From positions 1 through 64,000 of the IMG/VR virus record IMGVR_UViG_3300010373_000007: a DNA stretch of 64,000 nt, one strand, 5' to 3'. The DNA comes from a virus. The notes below the pieces were generated by a model. That model worked only from the letters and a program-made list of their open reading frames with translations. It had not been told where the DNA came from and made no database searches. Below are positions 1 through 9,122 of this stretch, piece after piece (position 1 is the stretch's first letter; each line of letters opens with the position of its first letter). A program made the translations under genes and the position numbers.

Positions 1-343
1 CGATCAGCTTGGCGTCCGATTCCTGGACGGCGTGTTGGGCGTCCTGCTGGACCTTGGCGAGGACCGCGCCGGCGCTCTCGACCTTCGCGTCCTTTCCCTT
101 CCCGCCGGCCGTCTTCGCGTCCGGGACCGCCTTCTGTGCGGCCTCCAGCTTCGGGTTCCATGTGGCCTGCAGGAGCGCGGTCGCCGTCTTCGCAGCGTCA
201 GCCTCGCGGAACACGCGGGCGTTGTCGTAGAAGGCGAGCGTCGGCGCGGCGGCCGGCGTGATGGCGGCGTCGGCCGACTTCGGCACGCGGGAGCAGGAGG
301 CGAGCGAGCAGAACATGATCGTGGCAGCCAGGGTGGTCTTCAT
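1..343 (-). CDS. lipoprotein, partial (3' end runs off the window)
   Basis: Read by hand on the minus strand: SD-like AAAGGGA, then ATG at 343..341, MKTTLAATIMFCSLASC (lipobox LASC), then Ala/Lys/Glu-rich sequence. No stop before position 1, so it is absent from the ORF track. Confidence 0.5.
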   Translation of the reverse strand, partial: MKTTLAATIMFCSLASCSRVPKSADAAITPAAAPTLAFYDNARVFREADAAKTATALLQATWNPKLEAAQKAVPDAKTAGGKGKDAKVESAGAVLAKVQQDAQHAVQESDAKLI

Positions 344-373
344 CGGTGTCCCTTTCGTTTGTGGCAAGCGGGG

Positions 374-2755
374 CTAGTTGATCGTGACGTCGTCCCAATA
401 GACGTTCGCGTTGTTGCCGTCGCCGGCGGTGAAGTCTCCGAGGGCCAGCACGTTGAATTGCAGGACCCCAGTGCTCACGGTCCCCACGCTCGTCCCGTCG
501 ATGGAGAACGCCGCGCCCGCCCGCCCCGAATAGTCGACGCAGAACTGATGCCACCCCGTCGTTCGCGTGATGCTCGTCGCGGTCGTCGCCCCGCCGATCC
601 GATAGACGTACTTCGTGGTCGACGTCGGCGTGTAGACCCCGAGCGCCCTCCAGGCGGTGTTGTTCCAGGTCGTGAATGTCCCGGCCGAGTAGGTCATCTC
701 GTCGGCCTTCAAGAGCGCCTCGGCGGTCGTGTCGGTCGCGTCGTCGAAGAGCCAGGCGCACGCCTTCTGCCGCAGCACGCGCCCCGGGAGTAGGTAGATC
801 GCCTCCCCATCCTGATTCTGCACGAAGGAGTGCGTCGGCGAGTGCGCCTGGGCCGTGCTGAGCGCGGGCGTCCCCTGGCCGGTCGTCCAGCGTCCCAGGC
901 CGCTTTCGAAGTCCTCACTGAGCGAGTAGCCGGCGCTGGACCGGTAGGGGTTCGCGCTCGGAACTCCGATGTTGGCGAGGTCGAGCAGTGTGACGTCGAA
1001 GGATCCGTTCGTGGTGGCGTCCGCATTGAACGTGCAGTTCGTCGCCGTGTGGCTCCCCGATCCGCCGCCAGAGTTGATCCGCATCGCCGTATCCTGCGTA
1101 TTGAAGACGCCGACGTTCGAGAATGCTTGCCCCGCGGTGCTGTTGTCGGTGAAGACGCCATTCGGCGCAGCGTCGGTCATCGCCGGACTCGCATAGACGT
1201 GATCGACCAGCGTGTTCGAGACCGTGTTAGTCGCGTACGGCGGGCTGCCCGACGTCGAGGCGAGAAGGTAGAACCCGACCGCGCCCGCGTCGCCAGAGTC
1301 CTGGAGAATGTCGTGAAAATAGTTCCGGTCGATCGTGTTGCTGAAGGTGTAGTTCTGAGCGAAGACGCCGCAGCCGCCGACGGTGAAGATGGCGTCTCGG
1401 TTTGCGCCCCAGACCTCGTTGTGGTCGATCGAGTTATTGTTGGAACCGAGCATCCGCACCCCGACCGCATGGGAGCCGAGCTGGCCGACGTTGCTGATCA
1501 CGTTCCCGGTCGCCGTGTTGTGGTTCGAGAAGTCGCCCTCGCCGGCCCAGTCCCCCTCGAACACAACTCCATCCGCGCCCGTCTGTTCGATCCAGTTGTC
1601 CGAGATCGTCACGCCGGTGGTCCGAAAGGCATGGACGCCGCCGAAGCCGCCGTTCAGCAGATGTGACGTCGTCACCGTGACGTTGTCGGCGTTCTCCAGG
1701 TATACGAGCGCCTGGTGGTTCTGGGTGTTGAACTTCTCGAAGGTGTAGCCGGGGCACGTGTGTCCAGCGCCAGCCGTCGGGTGGTCAGTCGATATGCCCC
1801 AGTCGGCGTAGCGGTCCCACTGCGCGTAATCCGCGTACTGAACCGTAAGGTCCTTGAACTTCAGGTCGTGGACGTGAGCGGATGTCGTCCCCACTGCAGC
1901 GATCACGCGCCCAGTCGTTGGGATCGTCAGCGTGCCCGGCGCGCCGCCCGTCGTCGATTGGACGTAGAGGAAGTTGCCGGACTGATCGTGGTACCACTCG
2001 CCGTTCGCGTCGAGGAGCGCCTGGACGCCCTGCACAAAGTAGCGGGATCCTGTCGCGTTCTGGAAGATCGGCCACTGGCTCTGATTCGTGAAGGTGAACA
2101 GCAGCGATCCGGACGTCTGCGAGGTCAGTGGGTTGACGTTGGGAAACCAGTTCCAGTTCCCGCCGGTCCACGCGACGACCTGGATATCTCCGACGGGCCA
2201 CGCGGCGGGAGTGATGTCGCCGCCCGAGTAGTTCATCGCGGTGTAGGAGCCGTTCGTCCCGGTCGTGCGGAAGTAGGGACCTAGCGCGTTCGGGAACAGC
2301 GGGTCAAACGAGTAGTTAGGCGTGCGCGCTGAAGTGAGGCGGACGCCGTTCTCCCAGACCGCCCAGAAGCTTCCTGTCACCGGGCATTTGTAGATCGCAC
2401 CCGACGAGACCACGCATCCGGAGACGGTCGTCCCGCCCGAGATCGTGACCGTGCCGGGCCCGTTCTGCGCCTGGTAGACAACAGCGTGCCCGTTCGATCC
2501 GGAGTCGAACTGCGAAAAGGCGACCGACGGATAGGTTCCTGGAGCGATCAGCACGTTCAGGTCTGCCGCGAGGCCCTGGTTCGACTTCCCGTATTGGATT
2601 GCCTTCCGGGCGCCATCGACGCTGGCAAACGGAAACGCCTGCGTCCCGTTCCCCGTGGTGTCGTTTCCGGTGGTCGCGACGTAGTACGGGCCCGCGGGCA
2701 GAACCGGCGTCGCGATCGGAGCGAACGCCAGCAGGGAAAACAGGACTCCGAGCAT
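374..2755 (-). CDS. secreted right-handed beta-helix (pectin-lyase fold) protein with C-terminal LamG/ConA-like domain; possible polysaccharide depolymerase
   Basis: 793-aa ORF. Hydrophobic signal-like N-terminus MLGVLFSLLAFAPIA. YYVATTGNDTTGNGT..PF opening is typical of pectin-lyase-fold proteins. Repeated N/G/D-rich rungs (NWIEQTGADGVVFEG, GNVISNVG, HNEVWGANRD). C-terminus WHQFCVDYS..FSIDG..VYWDDVTIN is jelly-roll-like. Confidence 0.8.
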   Translation of the reverse strand: MLGVLFSLLAFAPIATPVLPAGPYYVATTGNDTTGNGTQAFPFASVDGARKAIQYGKSNQGLAADLNVLIAPGTYPSVAFSQFDSGSNGHAVVYQAQNGPGTVTISGGTTVSGCVVSSGAIYKCPVTGSFWAVWENGVRLTSARTPNYSFDPLFPNALGPYFRTTGTNGSYTAMNYSGGDITPAAWPVGDIQVVAWTGGNWNWFPNVNPLTSQTSGSLLFTFTNQSQWPIFQNATGSRYFVQGVQALLDANGEWYHDQSGNFLYVQSTTGGAPGTLTIPTTGRVIAAVGTTSAHVHDLKFKDLTVQYADYAQWDRYADWGISTDHPTAGAGHTCPGYTFEKFNTQNHQALVYLENADNVTVTTSHLLNGGFGGVHAFRTTGVTISDNWIEQTGADGVVFEGDWAGEGDFSNHNTATGNVISNVGQLGSHAVGVRMLGSNNNSIDHNEVWGANRDAIFTVGGCGVFAQNYTFSNTIDRNYFHDILQDSGDAGAVGFYLLASTSGSPPYATNTVSNTLVDHVYASPAMTDAAPNGVFTDNSTAGQAFSNVGVFNTQDTAMRINSGGGSGSHTATNCTFNADATTNGSFDVTLLDLANIGVPSANPYRSSAGYSLSEDFESGLGRWTTGQGTPALSTAQAHSPTHSFVQNQDGEAIYLLPGRVLRQKACAWLFDDATDTTAEALLKADEMTYSAGTFTTWNNTAWRALGVYTPTSTTKYVYRIGGATTATSITRTTGWHQFCVDYSGRAGAAFSIDGTSVGTVSTGVLQFNVLALGDFTAGDGNNANVYWDDVTIN

Positions 2756-2758
2756 CGA

Positions 2759-3718
2759 TCAACCTCCCACGAAGCGGCGGACAAAGCAGGTCGTCCCCAC
2801 GCCGATGTTGTTGCCGCTGCTGGCCGCGATGACCATGTCCGTTACCACGGTGCTTGAATCATTCCACACTCCGTCACCAATGTAGAGTTTGGTGACGGTC
2901 GTGGTGGTACCGTCGTACGTGACGGCTCTTGATTCGAAGTGGCGAGCGCCAGACCCGGTCTTGGCCTCGAACTCCATTCGAATATCCAGCCAGCCGGCGT
3001 TGGTCGTACCGCTGTTGATCAAGTTGAGATTCGTCGCGGCCGACGTCGCGACAGAAGTCCCGCTGTTGATCTGGACGAACTGGAACTGGTTCGCGGAGGT
3101 GTTGTTGGGCTTGAAGATGTATCCGACGGCATTGGATCCGGATGGCGTCGCAATGGCGCACGAGATCGTGTAGTGACCATCGACGTCGCCATTGATGCCA
3201 CCAAAGGCGCCGGCCAGTGATAGCGATGCGACGGCCGACCCACTGACGACGACGGTGTCCTCGACCATGACCGCGCCGGGGGCCGCGGTCGACCCACTGA
3301 CGTTCCCGATGATCTGGTTGTTCGGCATCGTCGATACGATCCCGAGCATCGTCCGCATTTGAGCTGCGGTCGTCGCGGTGGGATTCGCAGACCCTCCGGA
3401 AACGTTCGCGAGCGTCGTTTGGTCGGCAATCGGAGTCAATCCACCTCCCGTCGTCGGGAACGACTGCCATGCGGTAGCATCGGATCCGGTCTTAACCCAG
3501 GCCGAGAGCGACCCGGAGTTCTGAACAATGGTCCCCACTGCCGCCGGAAGTCCTGTGACGCTCGGATCCATCGCGGCCGGGATGACCTGGAAGATCGGAG
3601 GGGCGATGGCGGTCGCGCCGACGCGGCCGTGCGGATGAGATCCCGTCGTCGCGCACCCCAGGGCGGCGACCATTGCGAGAACGAGGAGTGCGCGTTTCAT
3701 GACGTTGGTCCCTTTCAT
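2759..3718 (-). CDS. lipoprotein with tail-fibre-like Gly/Ser/Thr-rich body
   Basis: ATG 3718 overlaps the upstream stop (ATGA). MKGTNVMKRALLVLAMVAALGC carries a lipobox. Fibre-type motif LTPIADQTTLANVSGGSANPTATTAAQMRTMLG. Alternative start at 3700. The first 43 aa of the track ORF are Arg/His-rich shadow. Confidence 0.7.
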   Translation of the reverse strand: MKGTNVMKRALLVLAMVAALGCATTGSHPHGRVGATAIAPPIFQVIPAAMDPSVTGLPAAVGTIVQNSGSLSAWVKTGSDATAWQSFPTTGGGLTPIADQTTLANVSGGSANPTATTAAQMRTMLGIVSTMPNNQIIGNVSGSTAAPGAVMVEDTVVVSGSAVASLSLAGAFGGINGDVDGHYTISCAIATPSGSNAVGYIFKPNNTSANQFQFVQINSGTSVATSAATNLNLINSGTTNAGWLDIRMEFEAKTGSGARHFESRAVTYDGTTTTVTKLYIGDGVWNDSSTVVTDMVIAASSGNNIGVGTTCFVRRFVGG

Positions 3719-6700
3719 TGTGGAATCCAGACGGTGGCGGAGATCGCGATGTTGCTGAGGCTCATGAGGTTGTTCACATCGCCCCGGCGAATCCAGACGA
3801 TGAAGAGGTCGTCGGCGGACCACAGTGGGTCGATGGAGACGCTGCACGACCCAGAACTGTTTCCGGCCGTGATGCCCGAGATGGTGCAGCCGGCAATCCC
3901 ATGGTAGTTGCTCGAATTGCCCGGACCACCGTGGACGTACTCAAGGTCGATCGCAATGGTAGCGGCCGAGCCAGTCCCGCTGGCGGTGACGTTGCTCAGG
4001 TAGACCTCGAACGTCCCCGCAGTCGTCGCCGGTAGGTGGAAGGTGTAGTAGGGCGCGGCGCCTGAGGTCTCAAAGTTGAGGACGGCCAGCCCTGGCGCAG
4101 AGAGTCCGGCGCCAGCCCAGTGAGTGCCGTTGCCGTCGCTCAGCGCGACGACGTCCGACTTATTGGTCGGGTCGTAGTTGATGAACTGCCCCGTCGCGGC
4201 GAACTTCCAGGTAGCCGACTGGACACCGCTGACGACGACGGGATTCGCGTCGATCCGTCCCTTGGCGTCGACGTGGAACGACTGGATGTACGAACCGGGA
4301 CCGCCGTACGTCCCGGCGGTGACGCCTGTGTCCGGCAGCGCGAGCGTCGTCCCGATGTAGGACAGCGACGGACCCACGGTGACCGTCCCATATGCTCCCG
4401 AGGTCGCTTCCAGGATTCCGGTCGCGGAGCCGGTGCCGAGCGCAGTCGAGACGTCGCTCGCGCTCGCGTTGGCCAGCAACCCGCTGGTCGACTTGACCAG
4501 CCCGTTCGTCAGAGATCCGACCGTCAGGGCGCCCGTCACCGTCACTCCACCGGATCCTGCGACCTGGATGCGACAGGTCCGAGAGCTTCCCGTCGCAAGA
4601 CAGATCAAGCCGCCAGCGAAGTTGGACAGCATGAGCTGGTTCCCCGAGGAGACGTTGCTCTCGATGAGGAGGTCGCTCGCCGACAGGCTCCCGCCGGTCC
4701 AGCCCGGGGCCATCTCGCCGATGAAGACGTCCCGCCCGCCGACGACGTGGCCAAGCGAGATGCCCATCAGGCCGGTCGACGTCACGGCGTCGTTGTAGAT
4801 CTGGATCTCCTGCAACGACGTGACGCCCACGGGCGTCGTCCCGTTGAAGGTCAGGTGCGCGTCGTCGGTGAGCTGACCGCCGGTGCTACCGAACGGGACC
4901 CGATGCTGCGTCGCCGCGAAGACGCTGATCGTATCGGGCGTCCCGACAGCGACACCGAGCATCCCGCTGCCCCCGCCGTAGGACATTGTGGTGGGCGACG
5001 CGCCCGACGCGCCGGTGTTCGCGACGAAGCTGTGCGCGGCGATGGATCCGATCTGGGAGAGGGTGAGCCCGGAGATGGTCGACACGTTCGATCCGGCCGA
5101 GATGCTGAGCCCCCCACCGCTGATAGTCGCGCGCTGGAGGCCGCCTCCCCCGTTCAGCGTGATCGTGGCGTTGTCGATCTTCGTCCCGATGGTGACGGCG
5201 CCGGCACTAGCCGAGACAGTCGACGGGTCCGTCGCGGCGAGGCTGGTGACGCCACCACCACCGGTTCCCGTGCAGTCAAGCACTCCACCCGATAGGGAGC
5301 AGTGAGGTCCGATTGTTATCTCCGATGGCGCCGCCGGAGACGCCCCCGAGTTACCGAGAATCGTCCCGTTGGTCTCGTTCTGGATCTTGGCGTAGGTGAC
5401 GGACGACGATGAATACGCTGCGGTCGCCAGTGTGCCGCACCCAAGCGTTGATCCACTCTCGCGATAGGCGCACCCGCTGGCCGCCGTCGCCTGGATGTCC
5501 GCTACATTCCCGGTGCTGTTGGCGCTGCGCCCGAGGATAGCGAGCGGTCCGCTCTGACGGATCTTCGCGTTAGAGATGCCGTTGTCCGCGACTTGGACGC
5601 CGCCGCCGCCGCCCTGGTTGAGCGTCACGCCGTCGAGGTTGACGTCCACGTTCGGGTTCCCGGAGGCGCCAGTCCCATTCGTCACCACGATCGATGAGCC
5701 AGAGCTTGTCAGCGTGCGCGCGGACGTCGTCCCGGACGAGGTACGGACCACGATTCCATTGCTGCCCGGGTCCGCTAGGAATGCGTCGAAGCTCTTATAT
5801 GCCCCTCCGTTCTCGCTGTATTGCAAGACGCCCGCGAGGTTCCTGAGCCTGGCATTGCCACTGGCCGAAACGGCTGACGTGCTCGGCCAGAGCTCAAAGC
5901 CACCATCTGCCCTGATAGTGATCTGCTTCTGGACCAGCGATCCTCCGTTGACGTTCAGAAATGTAACGTCTCCATGGAACGCAACGGGGTCAGAAGAATT
6001 GATCATCTGAAAAACGGCGTCGCCGCCCGGCCCGGCCCCGGCAGCACTCTCGCCGAACATCGTCATCAACATCGATGACTGCGCGTGGTTGGTGAGCTGG
6101 ATCCCGGCGTTCCCGGCAGGGTTCGCGTCGTACACCCCAATCCGAGCCTGCTGACTGTTCGCGGAACTGTCGTTCGAGACTGCCAAGGGGAAAAGGCCGA
6201 GAGCGGCGCCACTCACGTTCCCAATTGCCGATTGACTCGCGCCAATTCGAAACCCGTACAGACCCACGTATAACCCAGTCCCGGTTGTCAGCGTCGCCTG
6301 CGAAGCAACAGTGACTCCGTCAGACCCCCAGTTTCCGCCGGCCGTGAAGGAACCGGATCCACCGACGCTGATACCGGTGTTCTGGCTCGCATTGGTCGCC
6401 CGGTTGACGCTGAGGCCCGTCGCTCGAATTCGGAGAGGGACCGTCCCGTTGACGGCGTACTTGTCCGTCACGCCCGCGTTGGCCATGTCGACGAAGACGT
6501 CCCCCGCGATGTTCCCAGCCCCCGGCGTCGTGCCCTGGGAGACGTGCGTCCCGAGCACCGCGGTCTCCAGATAGGTCGCCCCGTCGTACCACTGCCAGGC
6601 CAGGCGCCCGCCGTAGTTGGTATTCGCCACGATCGTCGGAGACGCGAAGCTGCCCTGTGACTTCTGGAGCGTGACGCGGGGCCCGCTGTCGCTGGTCGCG

Positions 6701-7776
6701 TAGGTCCCGACGCCAACGCCGCGGTCCGTCGCCGCCGCCTGGTCGACGAGATGGAGCTGGAATGCCGCCGCAGAGGTTCGCAGGCCAATGCGGGCGTTGC
6801 TGACATCGACCGAGAACTTCGTAGGATCGTCAGTGAGAGTTCCGGTTGAACTGAAGTAGGCAACACCGTTCGCCGTCCCCGTAACCGAACCGCCCGGAAC
6901 GAACTGCCAGACGAGCGCCGTCCCGGCGGAATTCACCATCAGCGATTGCCCGGCTGCCCCGCCGCCCAGATAAGCCGGGACCGCGCTCGCGTTGGTGGCG
7001 TTCGCAAGCACCGAGAGCGAGCCCGCGGCACCAAAAGCGGTCGTCCAGGTCCCTCCCGCCGTGGTGATGGCGCCGGAAAGTACCGGGGCGTTGGCAGCGG
7101 CCACGGCCCCCGTTACGCTCGCGCCCGCGGCGAGATTGACGCCCGGATTGGGATACGTCCCCGTGAGCGCACCGCCGGCAGCGCCCGACGGAGGCAGGGA
7201 CGACGGCGTGCCGGTCAACTGCGAGTAATCAAGGACGTGAAAGGCGAGTGCCGTCCCCGTGTCCATTAAGACCTGGCCCGATGTTGTCGCGGTGGCCAGG
7301 GTGAGCGCGGCGGAGCTTGTTCCGACGTTCGCGTAGATCGAGAGACCGACCACGGGCGTCCAGGCCGACGCAGCGCTCCCGGTCGGCACGTCGATGACGC
7401 CCGTGATGTGGAGGCGCTGGAGGTTGCCGCCAGTCGTGCCGATCGTGACGCCGTCGGTCCCGGCGATCGCCGGCGGCGCGCATGCCCACGCACCCGAGAG
7501 GCGCACCGGGACATCGCCGTCGGCCGAGCACGCGACGTCGGTCAGGAGGCCGGCCCCGTTCGCCGCCGGGAAGCTGAGCGCGGCGTGCCCGGTGTTGATC
7601 ACGGGGGCGCCCGCGAACGACGGCGACGGCGACGGGAGGTTCTTCAGGTAGCAGGGCGTCCCGATCGGGCACCCCGCGGCGTCCTGCGGGTGGCTCCAGA
7701 GCTGCGGGGTCTGGGCGCGCGCCGGCGCGGCCGCCAGGAACGCGACCAGGAGGGCTACGACTCGGGCCTTCCCCAT
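3715..7776 (-). CDS. giant (1353 aa) signal-peptide-bearing tail-fibre-like repeat protein
   Basis: Start taken at M13 of the track ORF: MGKARVVALLVAFLAAAPARA/QTP is a Sec-type signal with an AxA site. G/S/T/A-rich body with recurring fibre-type motifs (NAKIRQSGPLAILGRSANSTGNVADIQ; YAKIQNETNGTILGNSGASPAAPSEITIG; LSQIGSIAAHSFVANTGASGASPTTM). Confidence 0.8.
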   Translation of the reverse strand: MGKARVVALLVAFLAAAPARAQTPQLWSHPQDAAGCPIGTPCYLKNLPSPSPSFAGAPVINTGHAALSFPAANGAGLLTDVACSADGDVPVRLSGAWACAPPAIAGTDGVTIGTTGGNLQRLHITGVIDVPTGSAASAWTPVVGLSIYANVGTSSAALTLATATTSGQVLMDTGTALAFHVLDYSQLTGTPSSLPPSGAAGGALTGTYPNPGVNLAAGASVTGAVAAANAPVLSGAITTAGGTWTTAFGAAGSLSVLANATNASAVPAYLGGGAAGQSLMVNSAGTALVWQFVPGGSVTGTANGVAYFSSTGTLTDDPTKFSVDVSNARIGLRTSAAAFQLHLVDQAAATDRGVGVGTYATSDSGPRVTLQKSQGSFASPTIVANTNYGGRLAWQWYDGATYLETAVLGTHVSQGTTPGAGNIAGDVFVDMANAGVTDKYAVNGTVPLRIRATGLSVNRATNASQNTGISVGGSGSFTAGGNWGSDGVTVASQATLTTGTGLYVGLYGFRIGASQSAIGNVSGAALGLFPLAVSNDSSANSQQARIGVYDANPAGNAGIQLTNHAQSSMLMTMFGESAAGAGPGGDAVFQMINSSDPVAFHGDVTFLNVNGGSLVQKQITIRADGGFELWPSTSAVSASGNARLRNLAGVLQYSENGGAYKSFDAFLADPGSNGIVVRTSSGTTSARTLTSSGSSIVVTNGTGASGNPNVDVNLDGVTLNQGGGGGVQVADNGISNAKIRQSGPLAILGRSANSTGNVADIQATAASGCAYRESGSTLGCGTLATAAYSSSSVTYAKIQNETNGTILGNSGASPAAPSEITIGPHCSLSGGVLDCTGTGGGGVTSLAATDPSTVSASAGAVTIGTKIDNATITLNGGGGLQRATISGGGLSISAGSNVSTISGLTLSQIGSIAAHSFVANTGASGASPTTMSYGGGSGMLGVAVGTPDTISVFAATQHRVPFGSTGGQLTDDAHLTFNGTTPVGVTSLQEIQIYNDAVTSTGLMGISLGHVVGGRDVFIGEMAPGWTGGSLSASDLLIESNVSSGNQLMLSNFAGGLICLATGSSRTCRIQVAGSGGVTVTGALTVGSLTNGLVKSTSGLLANASASDVSTALGTGSATGILEATSGAYGTVTVGPSLSYIGTTLALPDTGVTAGTYGGPGSYIQSFHVDAKGRIDANPVVVSGVQSATWKFAATGQFINYDPTNKSDVVALSDGNGTHWAGAGLSAPGLAVLNFETSGAAPYYTFHLPATTAGTFEVYLSNVTASGTGSAATIAIDLEYVHGGPGNSSNYHGIAGCTISGITAGNSSGSCSVSIDPLWSADDLFIVWIRRGDVNNLMSLSNIAISATVWIPQ

Positions 7777-7832
7777 GCCAAGGATGGTAGAGCGTCGCCC
7801 CTCCCGTGTCACGCCGGGCGTAGTATCGGCTC
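7777..7832. promoter_or_regulatory. divergent promoter region, apparently leaderless on both sides
   Basis: 56-bp gap between starts 7776(-) and 7833(+). Minus strand: GTGACA (7812..7807), 17 nt, TACCAT (7789..7784), 7 nt, ATG, with no SD. Plus strand: GGCGTAGTAT (7817..7826), 6 nt, ATG, with no SD. Confidence 0.4.
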
Positions 7833-8336
7833 ATGCCGCAGACGACCGAGGAGAAGCTGTTCCCGCCCGACATGACGGACGATCAGGTGGCGGACGTGCT
7901 GATGGAGGAGATCCCGGCCGCCATCCGGATCGCGGTCGGCCAACCGCTGCGCGCCTTGTTCAAGATGGCGATCCTTCGCGAGCGCGGGCGATGCTGCTTG
8001 CTCGCCGACCGGGCCGCCCGCCACCATCAGGCGGAGGCCATGCGGATCGACCACGCCCTCCCCGGCCTGACGCCGGGTACTCCCGCCCTCGGATCGGCGA
8101 TCGCCGCCCAGCGCGCCCACGCGGCGATGGCCGGCGCGGCGGCGGGGATGGCGGTGGTGATGCGGCGCGCTCCCGGCGCCTGCGCGCGCTGCCGCGGGAC
8201 CCGCCTCGTACCTGGGACCTTGGCCGGCCCGGACGGTCAACCGGTCGCCGTGCCCTGCCCGAACTGCCCGCCCGCGGCGCCGGACGCCTCCGTCTCGGAA
8301 CTTCCGCCGGGCGCCCCCGCGGCCTCCGAGAGCTGA
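7833..8336 (+). CDS. hypothetical protein with C-terminal CxxC..CxxC zinc-ribbon
   Basis: 167-aa ORF. Protein-like N-terminus (MPQTTEEKLFPPDMTDDQVADVLMEEIP). CARCRGTRLVPG..CPNC near the C-terminus. High GC3. The last 100 nt overlap the convergent ORF 8237..8818. Confidence 0.55.
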   Translation: MPQTTEEKLFPPDMTDDQVADVLMEEIPAAIRIAVGQPLRALFKMAILRERGRCCLLADRAARHHQAEAMRIDHALPGLTPGTPALGSAIAAQRAHAAMAGAAAGMAVVMRRAPGACARCRGTRLVPGTLAGPDGQPVAVPCPNCPPAAPDASVSELPPGAPAASES

Positions 8337-8818
8337 TCCTCCGCCCCCGCCACCACGTCCCGCGCCGCCGCGATCGTGGGCGTGATCCGGAGGTCGAACT
8401 GGGCCCGGCGCCCGATGTACCCCTGGCGGCGCAGCTCCCGCCGGGTCTTCCGGCGCACCCGCACCTGGAGGTCCTCCATGTCGGCCCCCATCCCCTCCAG
8501 GATGGCCCCGCAGAGCCTCGACAGGTCGTCCTCGTCCCGCAGGGCCGCCCGCTCCGCCGCCCGCGCGCCCAGGGCCTCGGAGAAGGCCGGAGACGCCGCC
8601 AGGGCGGTCGCGGCGCGCATCCGGTCCCGGAGGCCCGTCCTGACCAGCTCCTCCTCGCTGGCGCGGCGCAGGGCGGATTCGGGGGTCTCGGGCGGGAGGG
8701 CGCGGGCGGCGAGCCAGGTCACGTACAGGCGTGCGGGATCGGATAACGCGGCTGGTTGTTGTTCCACGTGGAGACAGTCTCGCACGCCCGCGCCGGGACC
8801 GGCGTAAGGTTTCGACAT
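8237..8818 (-). CDS. hypothetical helical Glu/Arg/Ala-rich protein (start uncertain)
   Basis: Start set at internal M28 of the track ORF (MSKPYAG..). In-frame GTGs further in (GVRD, HVEQ, YVTW) are alternatives that would leave room for a promoter. Codon third positions coincide with the plus ORF in the 100-nt overlap, so composition cannot resolve the overlap. Confidence 0.5.
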   Translation of the reverse strand: MSKPYAGPGAGVRDCLHVEQQPAALSDPARLYVTWLAARALPPETPESALRRASEEELVRTGLRDRMRAATALAASPAFSEALGARAAERAALRDEDDLSRLCGAILEGMGADMEDLQVRVRRKTRRELRRQGYIGRRAQFDLRITPTIAAARDVVAGAEDQLSEAAGAPGGSSETEASGAAGGQFGQGTATG

Positions 8819-9122
8819 GTGGAAAAAGCTGTTGATCGGCTGTGGGGTGATCTTCGGGATGATGGGATGCGGCGAGCCAACCATGGACTGCGCCGCCATT
8901 CCGGATGGCGTGTACCGATCGGCTGCCGGGGACGAATACGCCTTCGTCGGGGGCGGCGTGACCGGGTGGTTGTGCTCCGCGGCCCCCGTGTGTCCCGGAA
9001 CGGTTACATGCGCACCGCCCGCGGAGACGGTCTACACCGTGGCCTTCGAGCGGTCTGGTGATGGTCTGCTCGCGACCATCTCGCCGCCCGATCGGACGGT
9101 CGTCCTGGTGCCAGTTCCCTAG
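8817..9122 (+). CDS. small Cys-rich lipoprotein
   Basis: MWKKLLIGCGVIFGMMGC signal/lipobox, with several further Cys. Its TAG stop shares the palindrome CTAG with the stop of the convergent fibre gene. Confidence 0.65.
   Translation: MWKKLLIGCGVIFGMMGCGEPTMDCAAIPDGVYRSAAGDEYAFVGGGVTGWLCSAAPVCPGTVTCAPPAETVYTVAFERSGDGLLATISPPDRTVVLVPVP

Noticed and set aside
7777-9122. Prophage attachment site or integrase near the end of the tail module.
   Set aside because: No integrase/recombinase-like ORF, tRNA gene or obvious direct repeat was seen in this window. The prophage boundary cannot be placed from this sequence alone.
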